Shown in pieces: positions 62,986 through 64,000 of a stretch of 64,000 bases of DNA (positions are counted from its first letter, which is position 1; every line of letters starts with the position of its first letter). The notes beneath the pieces were generated by a model. That model did no database searches and had not been told where the DNA came from. It was given only the letters and a program-made list of their open reading frames with translations. The translations under genes and the position numbers were made by a program. This DNA comes from Leptogorgia sarmentosa. Taxonomy: Eukaryota. The DNA is taken from the NCBI GenBank assembly GCA_964658305.1, contig OZ210884.1, positions 744,001 to 808,000 of the forward strand, read 5' to 3'.

Positions 62986-64000
62986 TATTTGCAATTGTAT
63001 ATAGCGCTTGCAAAAACACGCAATTGCAAGGTACTGGAAATAGAACAATAATATAGTGTTCGCAAGACTGAATAAGCCAATCAGACTACAAGAGAAAATG
63101 TTCTTATAGCTGTTGTACATTTCAAGGTCGCAGTCAGAGCAATTCAACATAGCTAAACAAACATTAAATCAAACAAATTTATTTCAACTCAATATAAACG
63201 TTTGGAAGAACCTTTCCTTTGAGGAAGCCATTTGTATTTTCCACTATTTTTCCGCTTTTGGCATATGCAGAATAAACTAGTCGACGTCATAATGTCGTAT
63301 AATTTTCAATATACGACATAATTACGTCATAATGTCGTATATGAAGATTTAATGCACTGCTCTTAACCAATCAAAACTCTTGAATTGTTTGAAATAAATA
63401 ATAATTGCAGTTATTCTGCGAACTCGAGTCGTATATGCGCTGATAGTATCATATACGACGAGAGTGAGCAGAATAACTGTTTTATTATGTACACAAGCGC
63501 TGGAAAAAAACAACTTCCAAACCCTCTTCAGAGTGGTAGATTTAAAATTTATTGAAAACGGGGCTAAATGGATCTGTGTGGACGCCCTATCCGGATAAAT
63601 TTGAAAACAATGACGTAACAATTCGAACCCATTCACGTAACAATTCAACGTCGTGGTGAGCTTCACGTTTGCCGTAAACGTGAAATAAATCCTTCCATTA
63701 ATCGCTGCAAAGATATATTTAGCATGTTTATATCAACTATATGGTCAGTAGTTTAATTAAACACATTTAGGTGTTATTATGTTGAGTATTATTTTGTTGT
63801 TTAATTCCTGATGGCAAACCAAGGAGAAACGCGAAGCTTAATGCGCAGTTGGAAAAACGTCAAACGTAAACGGCAAATGGGAACCTCGTGTTTGACGTTT
63901 TGCGGAATACGCGAAGCTACTAATGCCATTAGTAGTGAACCCATTATGGGTTTTATTTCGAGCATAGTAGCTTATTTCCAGCTTTATATTGGTATATTCA

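Overview
This is AT-rich, intron-rich animal genomic DNA. The repeat families and gene content suggest an anthozoan cnidarian (inference). Exons were assembled by hand from splice sites and reading phase, giving six protein-coding genes. (1) The 5' part of importin-7/8 (minus strand, 11 exons, continuing off the left edge). (2) A complete API5 (plus, 14 exons), head-to-head with the importin. (3) A small secreted single-IGFBP-domain protein (minus). (4) A complete mitochondrial choline dehydrogenase (plus, 7 coding exons). (5, 6) Two tandem single-LIM CSRP/MLP-like genes (plus). Non-coding DNA holds two decayed CR1/L2-type LINEs, SINE remnants, a Kolobok-like element, many MITEs (several with clean 2-, 3-, 5-, 8- and 10-bp target-site duplications), a ~51-copy 17-bp minisatellite and a ~185-bp promoter tandem repeat. 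The best leads are a candidate intronic C/D snoRNA in API5, the ACUAAC-rich minisatellite in the probable CHDH 5'-UTR intron, the quadruplicated promoter of the IGFBP-like gene, CArG boxes near the LIM genes, and a GC-AG intron in the importin. No prokaryotic-type system such as CRISPR is present. No database searches were run; family names come from motif recognition.
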